DNA from: Camelus dromedarius
Lineage: Eukaryota
Length of the DNA: 64,000 nucleotides
NCBI RefSeq assembly: GCF_036321535.1
Contig: NC_087438.1
Location: 8,620,001 to 8,684,000, forward strand
Direction: 5' to 3'
The notes under the pieces were generated by a model. It was not told where the DNA came from and ran no database searches. It saw only the letters and a program-made list of their open reading frames with translations. Position 1 is the first letter of the stretch; the number at the start of each line of letters is the position of its first letter. Made by a program: the position numbers and the translations under genes. Shown here piece after piece: positions 24,401 through 38,415 of the stretch.

Positions 24401-26728
24401 TATTTCCTTTTTTAAGAATTATTTCCTTTTTTAAGTTTTAAGAAACTAAAAATATCAGAGGATGATAAAACCAATAAAGTAAATATAAACTGACTAAAAT
24501 TGTAAAGTATGAATCTTTTACGTACATTTTGTTCTATTATTTCAGGTTTTCTTTGGAGGAAAAAATAAATCATTTAAGAAGAAATTATTTGTTTCCATGG
24601 CTTCAAAAATAATATTCACAACATTAAGAAGACTGAACATAAAAATAATTAGTCATGCCATTATATCATTTGTAAAGTTTTGAGCGAGGGCATTTGAGAC
24701 TAATGAACTCTGGTTCAAATTAGCATCAAATATGTTATTTAGCATCATTTATTCCTCCACCAGAGGAAGATAATCAAAGAGTCTTAAAAAGAAATTTATG
24801 TAAACATAAAAGTACATCATCAGAACTCTTTCTTGAACATTCACCACCATGAACACTTTTTTTTTTGAGACCTCATTTTTTGAGAGACTTCTTTCTTCAA
24901 AAAATTTGGATGTAGTAATGATAAAGAGTGAGTTTGTTCTCCTCTAGAAACAACAAGAAAATCACTCTCACTATAAATGCCTGTTCTTTTCAAAGACATT
25001 CAGAACTGGTTTGAAACAATTTCAAAGTGTCCTGCCTCACCTCGTTAAATTTTCATGCTCCCTTAGTGCCAAGGGCTGCGTTAATGTTCACATGAGTGAA
25101 TAAATGTATCTAAACCCAATCCTTGTTTTCTATTTTACATTATATTTTAGTCTGCATTCATTACCTTTGCATTTGATAGAATTACGAGTATGTAAATCTG
25201 TGAAAACCCCCATTCCAATGAAAGAGTTCCTGGATTTTTATTAAAGTGTTGAATGAACTGTTGAAAACTGGGGACGTCAGTGGTCTAAAAATGCACATAT
25301 ATTATTTTTTTCTTTAGAGTTCTTTTGTGTCCATTTCTATTGTTCCGTACTGTTTATGATTAGCCAGTCAAATAGGGTATCCGTTTCTCTTTAGTTAATT
25401 TGAATGAGGAATGTTGCAAGGGAGCAGAAACAGAGGCTGAGGAACTGTTTTCTTGGGAGACTTCCCCTAGATAAATGGTTGCAGACCTCAGCAAGTCCTG
25501 GTAGTGAACGTGCCTCAAGGGGTGTTATCTGTCCTTCATCTCCTCCAAAACTTCCTGTAGCTGAAGCCGGTGCTCTGAATATTTCAATCGTCCAGAAGGG
25601 GGAGAAAATGAATATGGGTGTCAATCTTGGGATGGACTTCACTTTAGATATTTTAATTCTTCAATAAACTATTTTAGTTCAAGTTGACTTCTGACCTAAC
25701 AATATGGCAGTTCTGTATTGATGCCTGAGTTCTTCCTGCAGCAAAGTATCATTTTACAAATAAACCTTGGTTTCAATGAAATACAAACAAAGATTTAAGC
25801 AAATTATTAAATTTAAAAATCAATGATAACTCTAAAATAATGTATTTTAAAAGTTATGCTCAGCAGAAGTGGAGAATTTCTTTCTTGCTTTCAGCAGGAA
25901 GCACTCCAAAAATATTTGTTGATCTGAAGTGACATTACTTATCCAAAGTATTGTCCTTTTTAAAGTGGCCTCCTCTGAACTTGTGCTTTTAATCCAACAG
26001 TTAAAACCTCTTTGGGTACGTTTTCCTTGCAAATTGTCTCTAAAGCCTAAATACTTAGGACTGGTGAGATTTTGCTCATTAAATGTGAAATTCAGTTTGG
26101 AGATAGTAGTCCTTCAGAGAGAAGGTTGTGAAGTCCCACAGAGCAGTAGCCAATCTGCCAACCGCCACACCCTGGGCAAATCTATAGTTCTTGAGTTTTG
26201 TTTTAAACAAAAAAAGAAAGAAAAAAGAAAAGCAACACAAAGAAAAAATATTTTAAAAGAAGAAGGACAGAATTGTGGACACTCCAATTATATGCTGGAA
26301 TTAAACCCAACATCATAAGAGATGTCAGCATGACCAGTCTGGTCCAGAAAATTCAGGAGTTCGAGCCTGAAAGGCAAGTGAAATTAGTGCCGGGGGCCGG
26401 GAGGGGAGGGTTGCCTGTTAGTGAAAAAGACAGTTTGCGGAGTCTTTGAGCCATGCCACCTGTCAATTAAGTAACACATTTCATATTTAAATCTATACAT
26501 TAAATACATTTTACACCTATGTTATCTAATTTGTTACCCTGAGAATACTACTCCTATTTTCAATCTTGAAATGGAATTGATTTCAAATGTTTCATGGGTA
26601 ATTGCTAAGAAGTTGCACAGATAAATACAAATAGAGTAGTTAATATAAATACAGCAATTAGATTTGCCTAATTTTTTCACATGGCTTATTTGATTTTTCC
26701 CATTGAATCTGTGCTAATAAAAATAATA

Positions 26729-26785
26729 TAGCCTAACATTGTAAATCAACTATACTGTAATAAAAAAGAAAAAAGAAAAAAGAAA
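26729..26785 (+). mobile_element. Very short L1 3' terminus with A-rich tail
   Basis: aacattgtaaatcaactatactgtaataaaaaagaaaaaagaaaaaagaaa. Confidence 0.75.
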
Positions 26786-27151
26786 TGATACAAAGTTTCT
26801 TATCTCTTTATAATTCCTAAAATTTCTACTTCATGAAAAATAATGGAAAATAATATCCAACTTAATAAATAATAGTCATTTCTGTTAGATTTTCATTATA
26901 CAGCTTCATATTTATCAGTGTAAGATTTATTTCCATGCTGTTCAGCACCTTTGTGCTGTATATAAGCTCAGCTAATATTAATATGCCCCCACTCCCCACT
27001 TTCTTAGGAAAAGAAGAAGTTATCCCAAGAATATGACAGTCTTCATTCTCTACAGTTACTTTAATCAACACTTCACTTCCAAGTATATCAGTGTAGTCCA
27101 GAAAAAGGAGAGGTCTTCTTGGCTCACTGTGGAATATGTTAATCCTCCTTC

Positions 27152-27177
27152 TGTGTGTGTGTGTGTGTGTGTGTGTG
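27152..27177. repeat. (TG)n microsatellite
   Basis: Direct read. Confidence 0.95.
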
Positions 27178-28699
27178 GCAATGGAGCCCTCTTAAGCTAA
27201 CCCAACGTATCAGCCACAAGAACCCAGCCTCCCTCTCCACGTGGCTACATCAAAAAAAAATTTTTAAGTGCAATATTTGCCTGTTTCTCATTCACATCCA
27301 CGTCCCCAATTCATGGTTAGAGTCTGTGAGCAACTGCAGAGAATACTTGTCCAAGGGCTTAGTTCCATAGTTTTAAGTGACATAGAAATTAAGAGACTAA
27401 GAGCCTAGCGTGGTTTATTCATATACTCACCTTATTATGATTGGATGCTGGGAAGACTTCAAAATTAAAAATTAACAGTGTTTCCTAGTTACCTCTAGTT
27501 TCTCCTTCTCTACTCAGCAAGCTCTTTGTTGCTTTCCTTTGTTTCAGAGAGGAATTTCCAACATTTTATGAAGAGGTCACAATGATGGATATAAATGGGT
27601 CTAAAAATGAACAGTCTACAGAGTCATTAGCACAAAATTCTTTCCTCATACAAAAATTAAGTAACGTGCTTACTAAATATTCAGTGATGAGGGAATATTC
27701 TGTTGAATATTATGTGCTCCATGATTTAAAGACAATTCAAAATTTTGAATTAATAAAATGTCTTAAAATAGGGGATTGTAAATATCACAAGAATAAATTT
27801 AGAATAATAAATATTTTATTATGAAAGATAAAACTGAACATATATTGCCAACATACTTAGGTATTTTCACAATTGTTTGAAATTGAGAATAAAATGTAAT
27901 ACAATAGACTGTAATAGTAAATCCATAACAGTTTATAATCTATACTGTAAATTGATTCTCATCTCTCTTTCTCTATCAATCTAAGAAAATGTCACATACA
28001 TATTTATAAATGAAGTCAATGATTTACTAATTTGCATACTGATGAAATATATTACCGAATTACTAATTAGGAATATGTCTTACATTTTTATTCGTATTGT
28101 ATTGATTTCACAGACACAGTCTTATATTTACCACGTTTGACTGAAAAACCACAAATGCACTTTCAGCTGAATATTACATCATTTCAATAATATCTTTCAG
28201 ATTTTTCTTTTGTAATTTACGTTAAACTTCAAATTTAGCCAATGTGTAAGTAATCAATATTTATACACTTTATAGATGTTAATATCAATTTAATAAAAAT
28301 TATACCCACTTATATCATTTTGCACACAAAAATGGCACTAATTTATAATCACTTATTTGTTTCCAGGAATGCGTAACTTCTTAATTGACAATTGTTGAAA
28401 TCACAGTATCTTTTATTTATTTTCCAGGTAGCTGGAATAGAGCTTGAATTTAGTAAAGTTTGATACTAAAGCACAGTGAACCCATTGTACTATTTTAATA
28501 TCTGAATATTCATGGAAAAAGGACAGGAGATCATTTCTTTTTATTAGAAGAAAACAATAATGATAATAAATTTATGATGACTTCTGAAACATTTTTGTAT
28601 TTGAAGATAAAGTGACAATTCAGGGTTATCTATTTCAAATAATTGTAATTCTTGCATATATTCTAAACATTTGGGAGGAAGGGGGAAGTCTGTTCAACT

Positions 28700-30185
28700 T
28701 TAATTTTATATAGATTTTATCATATTTACTTATGTTTGAAATAATTCAGGCTCAACTTGAGAAGTAAACACTAAAGCACAGTCAAAGCCCTTCTCGCCTA
28801 CAGAGAACCAGTTCCTATATTTGGTATTTATTTTACATGTATACAAAATGTTTGTTTTTTTGCACATTTTAAACTTTAAAGTTTTTTTTTCTGTGCTCTA
28901 CCTTTTCTTCCTCCCAAATTACATTTGTGTGAATGCATATAGCTGTAAATATTAATTTTCGGTGTATGCTATTATTTTGCAAGATTACACCACTATTTAT
29001 TACCTATTTCCCCGCTGATGAGCTTTAACATTGCTTCTGATATTTTCCTAAGACAACCTGAGAGATTGGTTGCTGAGAGATTCTTTAGGACCTAACAATG
29101 TCTGGAATTTCAGAGTTATCATGTATTTTTTCCCCCAAATTTCTACTATTATCAAATGGTCCTCAGTGATCATGTACCAATTACCCCTTCCAACAGCAGA
29201 TACAAAGCATTAATTTGTAACGCTCTCCAGTTTTAATTTGCTTGTCTTTGGTTACTAAGAGGTGGAACAATGATTTTTCAAATGTTTATTGGCCATCTGG
29301 ATTGCCTCTTCTGCAAATTACCCGATTATATATTTTGTCTATTTCTTCTTCTACTGGACTGTCTCTACTGTTTCATTTTTTGTGTTGGAGTTCTTTACTC
29401 TTTTCAGAAATAATTATTTGTTGACGCAAACATAAATATCTTAATCTGAAAGTACCTTTTCCACATTTTTCAAGAAGCTCCTTTTTCACATTAAAAAAAT
29501 TATTTTTTTTTAGCCAAAGCTGCTTTAATTTTATTGGTATTGTTCATGTTTTGCCTGTGTCTTCTTTAAAAAAATCATTTCCTAACTAAAAATATTATCT
29601 GTATCTATGTAAGTTTATCAGAAATTTGGCTATAATTATGAGTCAATTTTTTCTTGACTGACATCTTAACAAACGCTAATGTTCCAATCTGTGTACCCAG
29701 AGATCTTTCAGTTTACTTAGTACTTTAAAAATATGTGACTTTTCTCTGTGAAATTCATGTAAATCTTTTGTTATGTTTATTTCTGGATATTTTTTCATTG
29801 CTGTTGTAAGTGGTGTTCTAACACTTGGTTTTGCATTTCTTCTAAACAGTTATATTATTTTTATGTTTTTCTAATTTTTATTCCAGGTTATGGATCTGCC
29901 ACTACTTTTAGCATATTTGTCTTATAACCAACAACCTTGCTCAATTATCTTGTTGATTTTAATTATTTTGGGAAATGATTTTATTTTCTGTGGAGACAGT
30001 CTTATTGTCAAACGTGCAAATAATGGTAATTCGTTGCTTTAGTTTTTCTTTAAATTGATGTCGAGTCAGTTTATGCTGCTTTAGTTTTATTTTTCTAACT
30101 TTAATTTCATTTCTTTTACCTTTTAATTTACACTTCTAAGAACTTAAAAACAGAGCTGAATTGAGTTGTGATAATGGGCACTTTC
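28700..30185 (-). mobile_element. Ancient L1 (L1ME-like) fragments
   Basis: T-rich antisense L1-like text (tttcaaatgtttattggccatctggattgcctcttctgcaaatt; caaccttgctcaattatctt); heavily diverged. Confidence 0.65.
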
Positions 30186-30229
30186 AAAATTTGAGAAATA
30201 ATTACTTGTTGAAGCAAACATAGAATAGC

Positions 30230-31015
30230 TTTTACCACTCAACTTTTATGTTATTCTCAGCAGAAGCCAAGAATAGAGATGTGGTTATACATGCAGAGAC
30301 ACTGCCAGTTGGAAATTTAAGGGACAGAGGAAGTGGAACAAAATGAAGGAAAATTGTTGAACATCTCGGATTCTACAAGATGGGGTCATTGATCCGTTGG
30401 GCTATGATCTCCGCTCCTCAAGAAAAGGGAATAAAGATGCTAAGGTGATTCCCAGACCATTAGGTCTGACATTCCCAGTGCAGGCCCAGGGCAGGGCTGG
30501 CTCTTTGTTGATTTCAAAGGGTGGGGCTTCTCCTCTGGTTCTGGGACTTGGGTGAGGCCCTCCTTGCCTAGTGCTGCGTCAGGAGCAAGGTCACCACAGA
30601 AAGACCCAGGAGTTGCATCTTGGTGAGCTGAAGGGGCTGGGCAGTCCTGCAGAGCTGTGGCAGACATGCTGCTCCTCCAGTGGGCCTGGAGGACAGGGCA
30701 TTGAACCGAAGAGGCTTATCCTTGAACATTAAGTTCTAATAGAATTTGCCTTGCTAGGTTTTGAACTTGCTTGGAACCCATCACCCTCTTCCTTTCATAC
30801 ATCTCCCTTTTGGAATGGGATTATCTGTCTTATGTCTGACCCATTGTTGCACATTGGAAGCACATGACTTGCTTTTTTCCCACAGGTTCACAGCTGGAGA
30901 GAAATTTTGCCTCAGGGTGTATCCTACCTCAAGTCCCACCCCTACCTGATTTAGATGCTATTGAGATGCAGTTTTGGACTTTGGACTTTCTAGCTGATGC
31001 TAGAATGAGTTAAAC
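30230..31015 (+). mobile_element. MaLR internal (MLT/MST-int-like) 3' fragment
   Basis: gaacttgcttggaacccatcaccc...ttttggaatggga...gttttggacttggactttctagctgatgctagaatgagttaa resembles the MaLR internal 3' region. Confidence 0.65.
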
Positions 31016-33679
31016 ACCATAGCAAATATTTGCTCAATTTTTCACAAATCCAACAAGATGCTTTTCTTTTTACCTTCTTTCATTTCTGCTTTTTATTCCA
31101 AAAATACTTTCCATATTTACTTGACCTTGAATATCCACAAATTTCATCATCTATAGTGTTGGTGGAGGGATGTCTGATTCTATTCTTTATTGTTTCTCCT
31201 GATTTTCCTTAACAGCTTATTTTATTTTGCTTTTGTAATTTTGTGTGTGTGATTGTAGGTTCAGTGGGGTTTCATCTGTAGGAACCCTAGAGCTTCTTGC
31301 AATTAAAGTTCATTTTAAATTAATGTCAATGTAATATGAGGAAAATACTTTCAAAGGGCTTCCCTGTTTTCATCTAGTAATATTTTTTCTTAAAATCAGG
31401 AGTGTTGGTTTTATGCCTACCCCATTTTTCATTATATTTTAGCTACCAAATAAATCTTTGAAAATGTTATCTGTAGAAGAAAGTAAGATGATTACGGCAT
31501 ACATTTTGGGAATTACAGAAAAATTGTGTAAATTTTAGAAGTATCTGTAAATTGCTTAACTTTATATGGCTTTCTATTTTGACTCTAGCTAAATATTTTA
31601 CCTTAGGTGTGTATATTACCTTAAGTATGTGCATTTTTATACTGTTAAGTTCAGTCAGTCCCCTTATTAATTAATTGAATCTGTATCCCTTAGTCACTAA
31701 GAATATTCTATAAATGAAACAATTTTAAATGTAACTAAAAACCTCTACTTAATAGTATGTGCTGTAGCCGGGTGAACCCACACAATCGAGCAGAGAACTG
31801 ATGTCCAGGCTGGGACTGTCCACAAGAAGAGTTTCAGACACAGTTTTTTATTTTTTTTATTTGTTTGTTTGTTATTGTAGTGCTGCTGAAAACAGATTTT
31901 TTAAAACATATACCATCCTACACTTCCTTCTGTAACTGTATCCTGTAGATATGATGCCAGATTTCAGTGTTTGGCATTCTAAAATGTGGGTGTGTTTATT
32001 TTTATAAAATCCTCATCAAAAATACCATATATAGAAATCTAAAGTTATATAGAACATGGTACTTATTATTAGCTTAAAAAGCAAAATCTGTACTTTAGAA
32101 TTAATGTAAATTGACAGTTAAAAGTAGAGTGTTTATTCAGTTTTTTAAAATTATTATTATATGGATTATTACCCCGAATGCCTGGATTACAACTGCCAGC
32201 ATTGGCTAAATATGTTATATTTAATTATTGTTTTAACTTGACTTGACTGAGTCTGGAATAATAAAAGAGTAGTTTAAAAGAAATTTATCTGAATGAGACT
32301 CCCTGTATTTCAGCAGCGCACATCAAGTCTTCCGTCACTTTTAATGTCAGATCATTTAAAATGTCCCCAAATAAACTTCATTCTTGCATTTTACTGTAGA
32401 TATGAAGATTCACTTCTATGAGATGTGCTTTAGTGTTTTTTTCTTTGACAAAAAGAATCGAGCAGTTGGGTCTTCTGAACATGCAGGTGGGTGGAGGTGG
32501 GGAATGGAATGAGATGTTTCAGGGTGGGGGCTGGGAGTGGGAGGCATGTCTTCCCAGGACTGGACCACTGACTGGTGGAGCGGCCGCCATGGATGCTTCT
32601 GAGGAAGAGCTGGTCCTGGACCACATCCAGTCCAACCACAGGCGGGCCTCCAAGAAGACAAGGGAGAAGGAAATCAGCAGTGGCATCTGCTACATTCATG
32701 GGGCACAGCTTGATTTGCACCTGCGTCTGACCCTCACCCGTCCTCACTCCCTCCCTCCATCCTCCCCACAAGGTAGTCACAGACACTTTAGGGAAGTGAC
32801 CAGGAAAGGACATGAGTAGGGCTTGGACAGAGGAAGGCTGGCCGCCCTGGCCCCTCCAGGCACTCCCCGCTGCAGACTCCCGAGGCTGGGAGAGAGAGGG
32901 AGTTGCAAATGGGTGAAGGGTGTGGAATCAGCTCAGTATGACTTTGGTCTGGGGATTTTAATTCAGAAACAACAGTGTCACTGGTCTGAACATGACCTGA
33001 AGCCTTTTTATTAACTGTGAGTGGCCAGGAAAGTTATGAAGACCTGTTCAAGTTTTTATTCAAATATTGAGGATGAAATAGCCCCCATTATAGGTTGAAG
33101 GGACAATACAAAGAAAACAAAAAATGCTATTGAGGCACACTACTGAGTTAAGCTTTTTCAATAAATGGTTAATAGACTGCTCTACATTTGCCTTGTAGGT
33201 CTAGGCGATCAGACGTACAGATCTTTTTCATTAAAATAGTAAAACAAAACAAAACTTCTGCGTTCTACTATATAAGGTACCACCGATTATTTAATGGACA
33301 TTTGTTGTTAACTTTTGCTACATGAACACTGCTATTCAAAAAATGATTAATCGCTTTGTTCATTGATAAATTGATTCCATAAAAACACTGAACACTGAAT
33401 ATGTGCCAGATTCTTCTAGAATCTCAACAGAGAATAGACAGATAATCCTTTTGCTCATGGAATTTCTGCTATCAGGAAATAAACATCCAAAGAGCACTGC
33501 TTAAAGTAGAAAATATTGTAAATTCCTAGCAAGGAAATTGTTGAAAGACCGAGTGCCTGCCTTAAAAATGCAGCCAAATACCATTAAACAAATCTCCCAA
33601 ATGGTCATTTCTGTTGAAAAACCCATCAGTCATGCAAGGGATTGCCTGTTCCCAGCACCTCATTCACGCTGTGATTTAC

Positions 33680-33995
33680 ACAATCGTCCCTCAGTAGCCA
33701 TGAGGCATTGGTTCCAGGATCCGCTCTGATACCAAAATCTTTGAAGTTCAAGTCTCATATAAAATGGATAAAATTTGCATATAACCTGCACACATCCTCC
33801 CATATACTTTAAATCATCTCTAAACTACTTATAGTACCTAGGACAATGTAAATGCTCTGTAAGCAGTTGCCAGAGCACATCAAGTTCAAGTTTTGCTTTT
33901 TTGGAACTTTCTGGAATGTCTTCTTTTTGAATTCTTTTGATCTATAGTTGGTTGAATTCGTGTATGTGAAACCTGAGGGTATGGAGTGCCAATTT
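33680..33995 (+). mobile_element. MER2 (Tigger-derived non-autonomous DNA transposon)
   Basis: cgtccctcagta...ttggttccagga...ataccaaaatc; tttgcatataacct.cacacatcctcccatatactttaaatcatctcta; gttggttgaattc. Confidence 0.9.
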
Positions 33996-34549
33996 AACAC
34001 CTTTTTAAAATCTGGCCAATTTCATTCCTAAAACTAACATTATTTTAATTTGCACTTAATTATGAGTGAATTTAGACACTATTTCATGAACTTATTTGCC
34101 ATGTAGTTCTGTGATGGTCCTACTCATAGCCTCTGGCCTTATATTTATATTTTATTGGGCTATTCTTCTTCTTTTTTTTTCCCTAATAGTCTGTCATTAG
34201 ACTTATTTATTTTCCACATTTTCTGTTTTTAATTTCTGTCCTGCTCAGAAAGGCCTTCTCCATTTCATGCTTATAAATACTTCTTATAATTACAGTTATT
34301 TTTATAAGTTTAAATCCTGTGGTAATTAATCCTTTTTTCCCTTAATAAATAGCAAGTGCATCTTCTAAACACCATGAAATAATCATTTCTCTCACCGATC
34401 TGAATAGGAATTTTCATCTTAGTCTCAGTTTCCATTTGTGTTTGAGTTTGTTTCCATTTCATTGTTCTCTCTGCTGCTTCTTACCTAGTTCAAAATGTAA
34501 ATACATTGTAGCCTCATAGTATTTGTATGCATATTTTTCTCCCAACATT

Positions 34550-35500
34550 GTTTTCAAAATTAGTTGTTTTCAAGTTTCTTTATCTTAATTCCAGACTCAC
34601 AAGAAAGTTACAAAAATAATACAAAGCCTTCCTTATACTCTTCACCTAGCTTTCTCAAATGTTAAAATCTTAATCTAACCATAGTACAATTAATAAAGCC
34701 AGGAAACCGACATTGACACAATCCTTCTAACTAATCTGTATACTTTAAGTTCTGACATTGTCCCATTTATGTAGCTTCCCTGGTCCAGAGTCCTGTCAAG
34801 GGCTATTTTACATACCTCATGTAAGTGCAGTTGTGCAGTATTTGTCCTTCTGTAACTGACCTATTTCACTTAGCACAATGGCCTCAGAGTACATCCCTGT
34901 TGTCTCATAAGACAGGATTTCCTTCTTTCTTGTGACTGAATAATATTCCATTGTATGTATATGTCACATTATCTTTATCCATTTATCCATCCACATTTAG
35001 CTTGTTTCCACATCTCGGCTATGTGAATAATGCTGCAATGGACACAGAGTACAGATACCTCTTTGGGATTCTGATTTAAATTCTTTTGGATAAATACTCA
35101 AATGTGGGATTGTTGGATCATATGGTAGTTTCATATTTATTACTTGGGGGAACTCCATATCGTTTTCCATAGTAGTTGCACCATTTCTAATTATTTTATA
35201 CCCACCAACAGTGCACAGGGATTCCGATTTCTCCATATCATTGACAGCACTTGTCTTCTTTTTTGATAATGGCATCCTAACAGGTAGGAGATGATATCTC
35301 ATTGTCGTTTTGACACACATTCCCTGATGATTCATGATGTTGAGGACTTTTTCATATACTTGTTGGCAATGGAAAAATATTCAAGCTCTTTGTCCATGGT
35401 TTAATTGGGTTATTTGGTTTTTTTTGTTTTTTGGGTTTTTGTTTTTTTGTTTTTTGCTTTTGAGTTTTATGAGTTCCTTATATTTTTGGATGTTAAACCC
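34550..35500 (-). mobile_element. L1 fragments (L1MB/MC 3' end plus L1M ORF2 C-terminus)
   Basis: ORF 34997-35335(-) KTTMRYHLLPVRM...LCTVGG...LPYDPTIPHLSIYPKE is the L1 ORF2p C-terminal region. Confidence 0.88.
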
Positions 35501-37004
35501 TGAGCTCTTTGATTATGCCTCTTATCATGTGCAGCTCAGTCAGTTTGCACAGGTTTAGATCACTGAGTGACACAATGCAGAGATGTTCTCAGTGTGCATC
35601 GTTGTCTTTTTATATTTTGATCTTCTCATACAACAACAGTGATGAAGAAAAGAACAGAATCTGGGAATATTGTTTGTGCTGCAATTTTGTTTGCTGGCAA
35701 ATCTATGCCAGAAGCAGTTGGATTTCAGATTGCATGAATAATATATATAAAAAATCTCAATAGGCTTGTAGGATTATGTCAATGACATCTTCAAAAGACC
35801 ATTTTATTTTTTTGGCAATAAATCACCCTTGATAAGAGTAGTTTGATATAAAAACTGATTTGGAAATCTGGAATTATTTGGGAGTTAAATATCTTTTTCC
35901 ATTTATGTACACGTGGCTAGTGCATTGCTCTCAGATTTCAGCATCTAATTCCTATATTCAAATTTTCAGGTAGAACCTTGGTGATCTCTTTCTTCCACCT
36001 TAGAAGTGGTTTTTAGATTGAAAAATAATTGAGAATCTCATGTTCTGAAAAACTTACCACTGTTCAAAAATATGCCAACCACTCTTCCCTGTATCTACAA
36101 TAGGCAGATGAAAAAAGTTATGAACTTTTATATCTGTCATCTGTACAATTTACTTGTGCTTTATTGGCTTAAAAAAATCTGGTAGGCAGCAGTTGCCAGT
36201 CTGAAACTTAAATACACATTTCAAATCTAATTATCTGTCAAAGCAACTTTGCAAAAATGTTATTTTTTGAACAGCATCCAAAATCTTCTGTCTAGAATAC
36301 ATTTCTCTTAAAATTTAACTGATATAAAAGACAAGTATGGGTACATTTTGTAGAATATTATGCAAAGAGAAAGAAAATGAGATATTTAGACTGATGAAAT
36401 AAAAGAATAAGCAATTAACAATCATATAGACCTTAAATTGTCTTAGAAAAAAAACCTTAAATAATTTTCTATGACTTCTTTCCAATCCTTCCACATAAAG
36501 TAATCTAGCTTTTAATCACAACTTTAATGTGGCATATTTGAGTATTCTATTAAAATAAGAAGTGTGTTAGTGTTTTATTTTTTGCACAATTGACCTGACA
36601 CCTCTATAAATAATCTAGTATTTGGAATAGTTCTTAATTTTTTTCTTGGTCCCTGTGGAGCCAAGTCCACTTGCCTCATTACAGAAATGCAGCACGAATG
36701 AGACTTAAGCCTTTCATGTGTTAATGGACTATTTTGGGTTTCTTTGTTACAAGAGGATCAGCTTAGACTTTCCTAATTAACACAGCTACTACATTTTTTC
36801 TCCTCTCTGCTATCATGACTTGCTTTCCCTAGACTAGACAGCCAAAAATAGGGCTGCTGTATATTTTAGGTCCGACATTTTGCTAGGATGCTTTGAAACA
36901 AAAGGTACAGGGATTCACAGTCACACAAACAAACACCCTTGTACAAAATGTGATTCATTCACTTAGTGAACAATTAAAGCTCCTACGAAAAGCAAAGATT
37001 TAGG

Positions 37005-37460
37005 TTAGTTCTCAAATGTTTTGTCCCATGATTGCCTTATAGTTTTAGAAAGTATGGAGAACCCCAAGAGCTTTTATTTAAATGGATTCTACCTATCAAT
37101 GTTTACCATGGAAGCAATCAATATTGAAGATACATCAAAATCAGTATGTTTTAATTTATTTTAAAATGATGATAGTTAATTCATTACATTAAGATAAATC
37201 ATATTTTCACTGAAAACAACTATGTCTTCTAAAATGAAAAATAATAGCAAGAAGAGTGGTATTGGTTTCATTTTGAACATCTTTTTCATGCCTGCCTTAA
37301 TAGAAGATGCCTGGGTTGCCTTAGCGGCCTCTATATTCAGTCTGTTGTGATAGCAAAACTTACATAGCTTCAGGAAAACTGCACTGTGTACTTGTGAGAG
37401 AATGAGAGTATAAAAAGCAACTAAAGCCTCAGTGTTAGGATGAAAATATTTTTGACCTTG
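37005..37460 (+). mobile_element. hAT-Charlie DNA transposon remnant (Charlie4/MER80-like)
   Basis: agttctcaaatgttttgtcc...ccccaagagctttt...gagagaatgagagt.aaaaagcaa pattern; subfamily from memory. Confidence 0.7.
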
Positions 37461-37679
37461 CTGTCAATTACTCACAAAACTTAGAGAACTAAGGACTTAG
37501 AGTATTAGCTATGAACATGGGGGAATGACCAGGCTGCAAAAAATGAGGAAATGATTCTTAGAGATACATTTAAAATCAATTAAATACATATATTTATTTA
37601 TATAATTTATAGAGTGCATTGCCATATATATGTATACATGTGTTCATGTGTATATTTATATGTACATCAATAATCTCTT

Positions 37680-38057
37680 GCTTACTTACTCTGATGGAGT
37701 CAGTTCCCATCTTGTGAGTTTACTGATGTGGTGTTCCACAGATGAGGAGACCTTCAGTCAGCAGCTAGTGACAAACTAAGACACTTAGTCTAAAACTCAA
37801 AAGAAAATCCAAAACATTATCTCCTTCAGTTATGTGACTGAGTTTAAAAGTGGATCCTCCCCCAGCTGAACTTTCAGATGGGACTGCAGCCCTGGCTAAC
37901 AGCTCCACGGCAGTCTTGTCTCAGAACCTAAGTCAGTGGTACCCAGATGGCTTGTGCAGATTCCTGAGCCACAGAAGCAGTGATACAAGAAGTATTCATT
38001 GCTTTAGGCTGCTAAGTTTTTATGATAATTTGTTATGCAGCAATAGCTAACTATCAC
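37680..38057 (+). mobile_element. MLT1 LTR (F/H-like) 3' part
   Basis: gtggatcctcccccagctgaactttcagatg.gactgcagccctggctaac...gctaagttttt..gataatttgttatgcagcaatagctaact. Confidence 0.8.
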
Positions 38058-38229
38058 AGGTGATAATAACACAAAATTACTGTAAAATGGAACAATAATC
38101 ATGGTGTATAATTAAGTATGAATGTAGATTATGCCATGTAACTGACAATATTGTGGAACAATGAATACAAATTTGTGCAATGACTCAAAGTTCACCTGGA
38201 CAATGAACATTTATAATACATAATTGTGT

Positions 38230-38415
38230 TGGGTATAAAATAAGCAATGAGAATATATTGCATAACACAGGGAATAAAGCCTATATTTTGTAATAACTAT
38301 AAATGGAGTATAATCTTTAAAATTGTGAATCAGTATCTTATACCTTGGTAACCTATATAATATCATATATCAACTATACTTCAATAAGAATATATTACAA
38401 CTGAAAAAAAAACAA
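38230..38415 (+). mobile_element. L1 3' end (artiodactyl-type) with A-rich tail
   Basis: aacacagggaata...ttttgtaataactataaatggagtataatctttaaaattgtgaatc...tcaactatacttcaataa. Confidence 0.85.
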
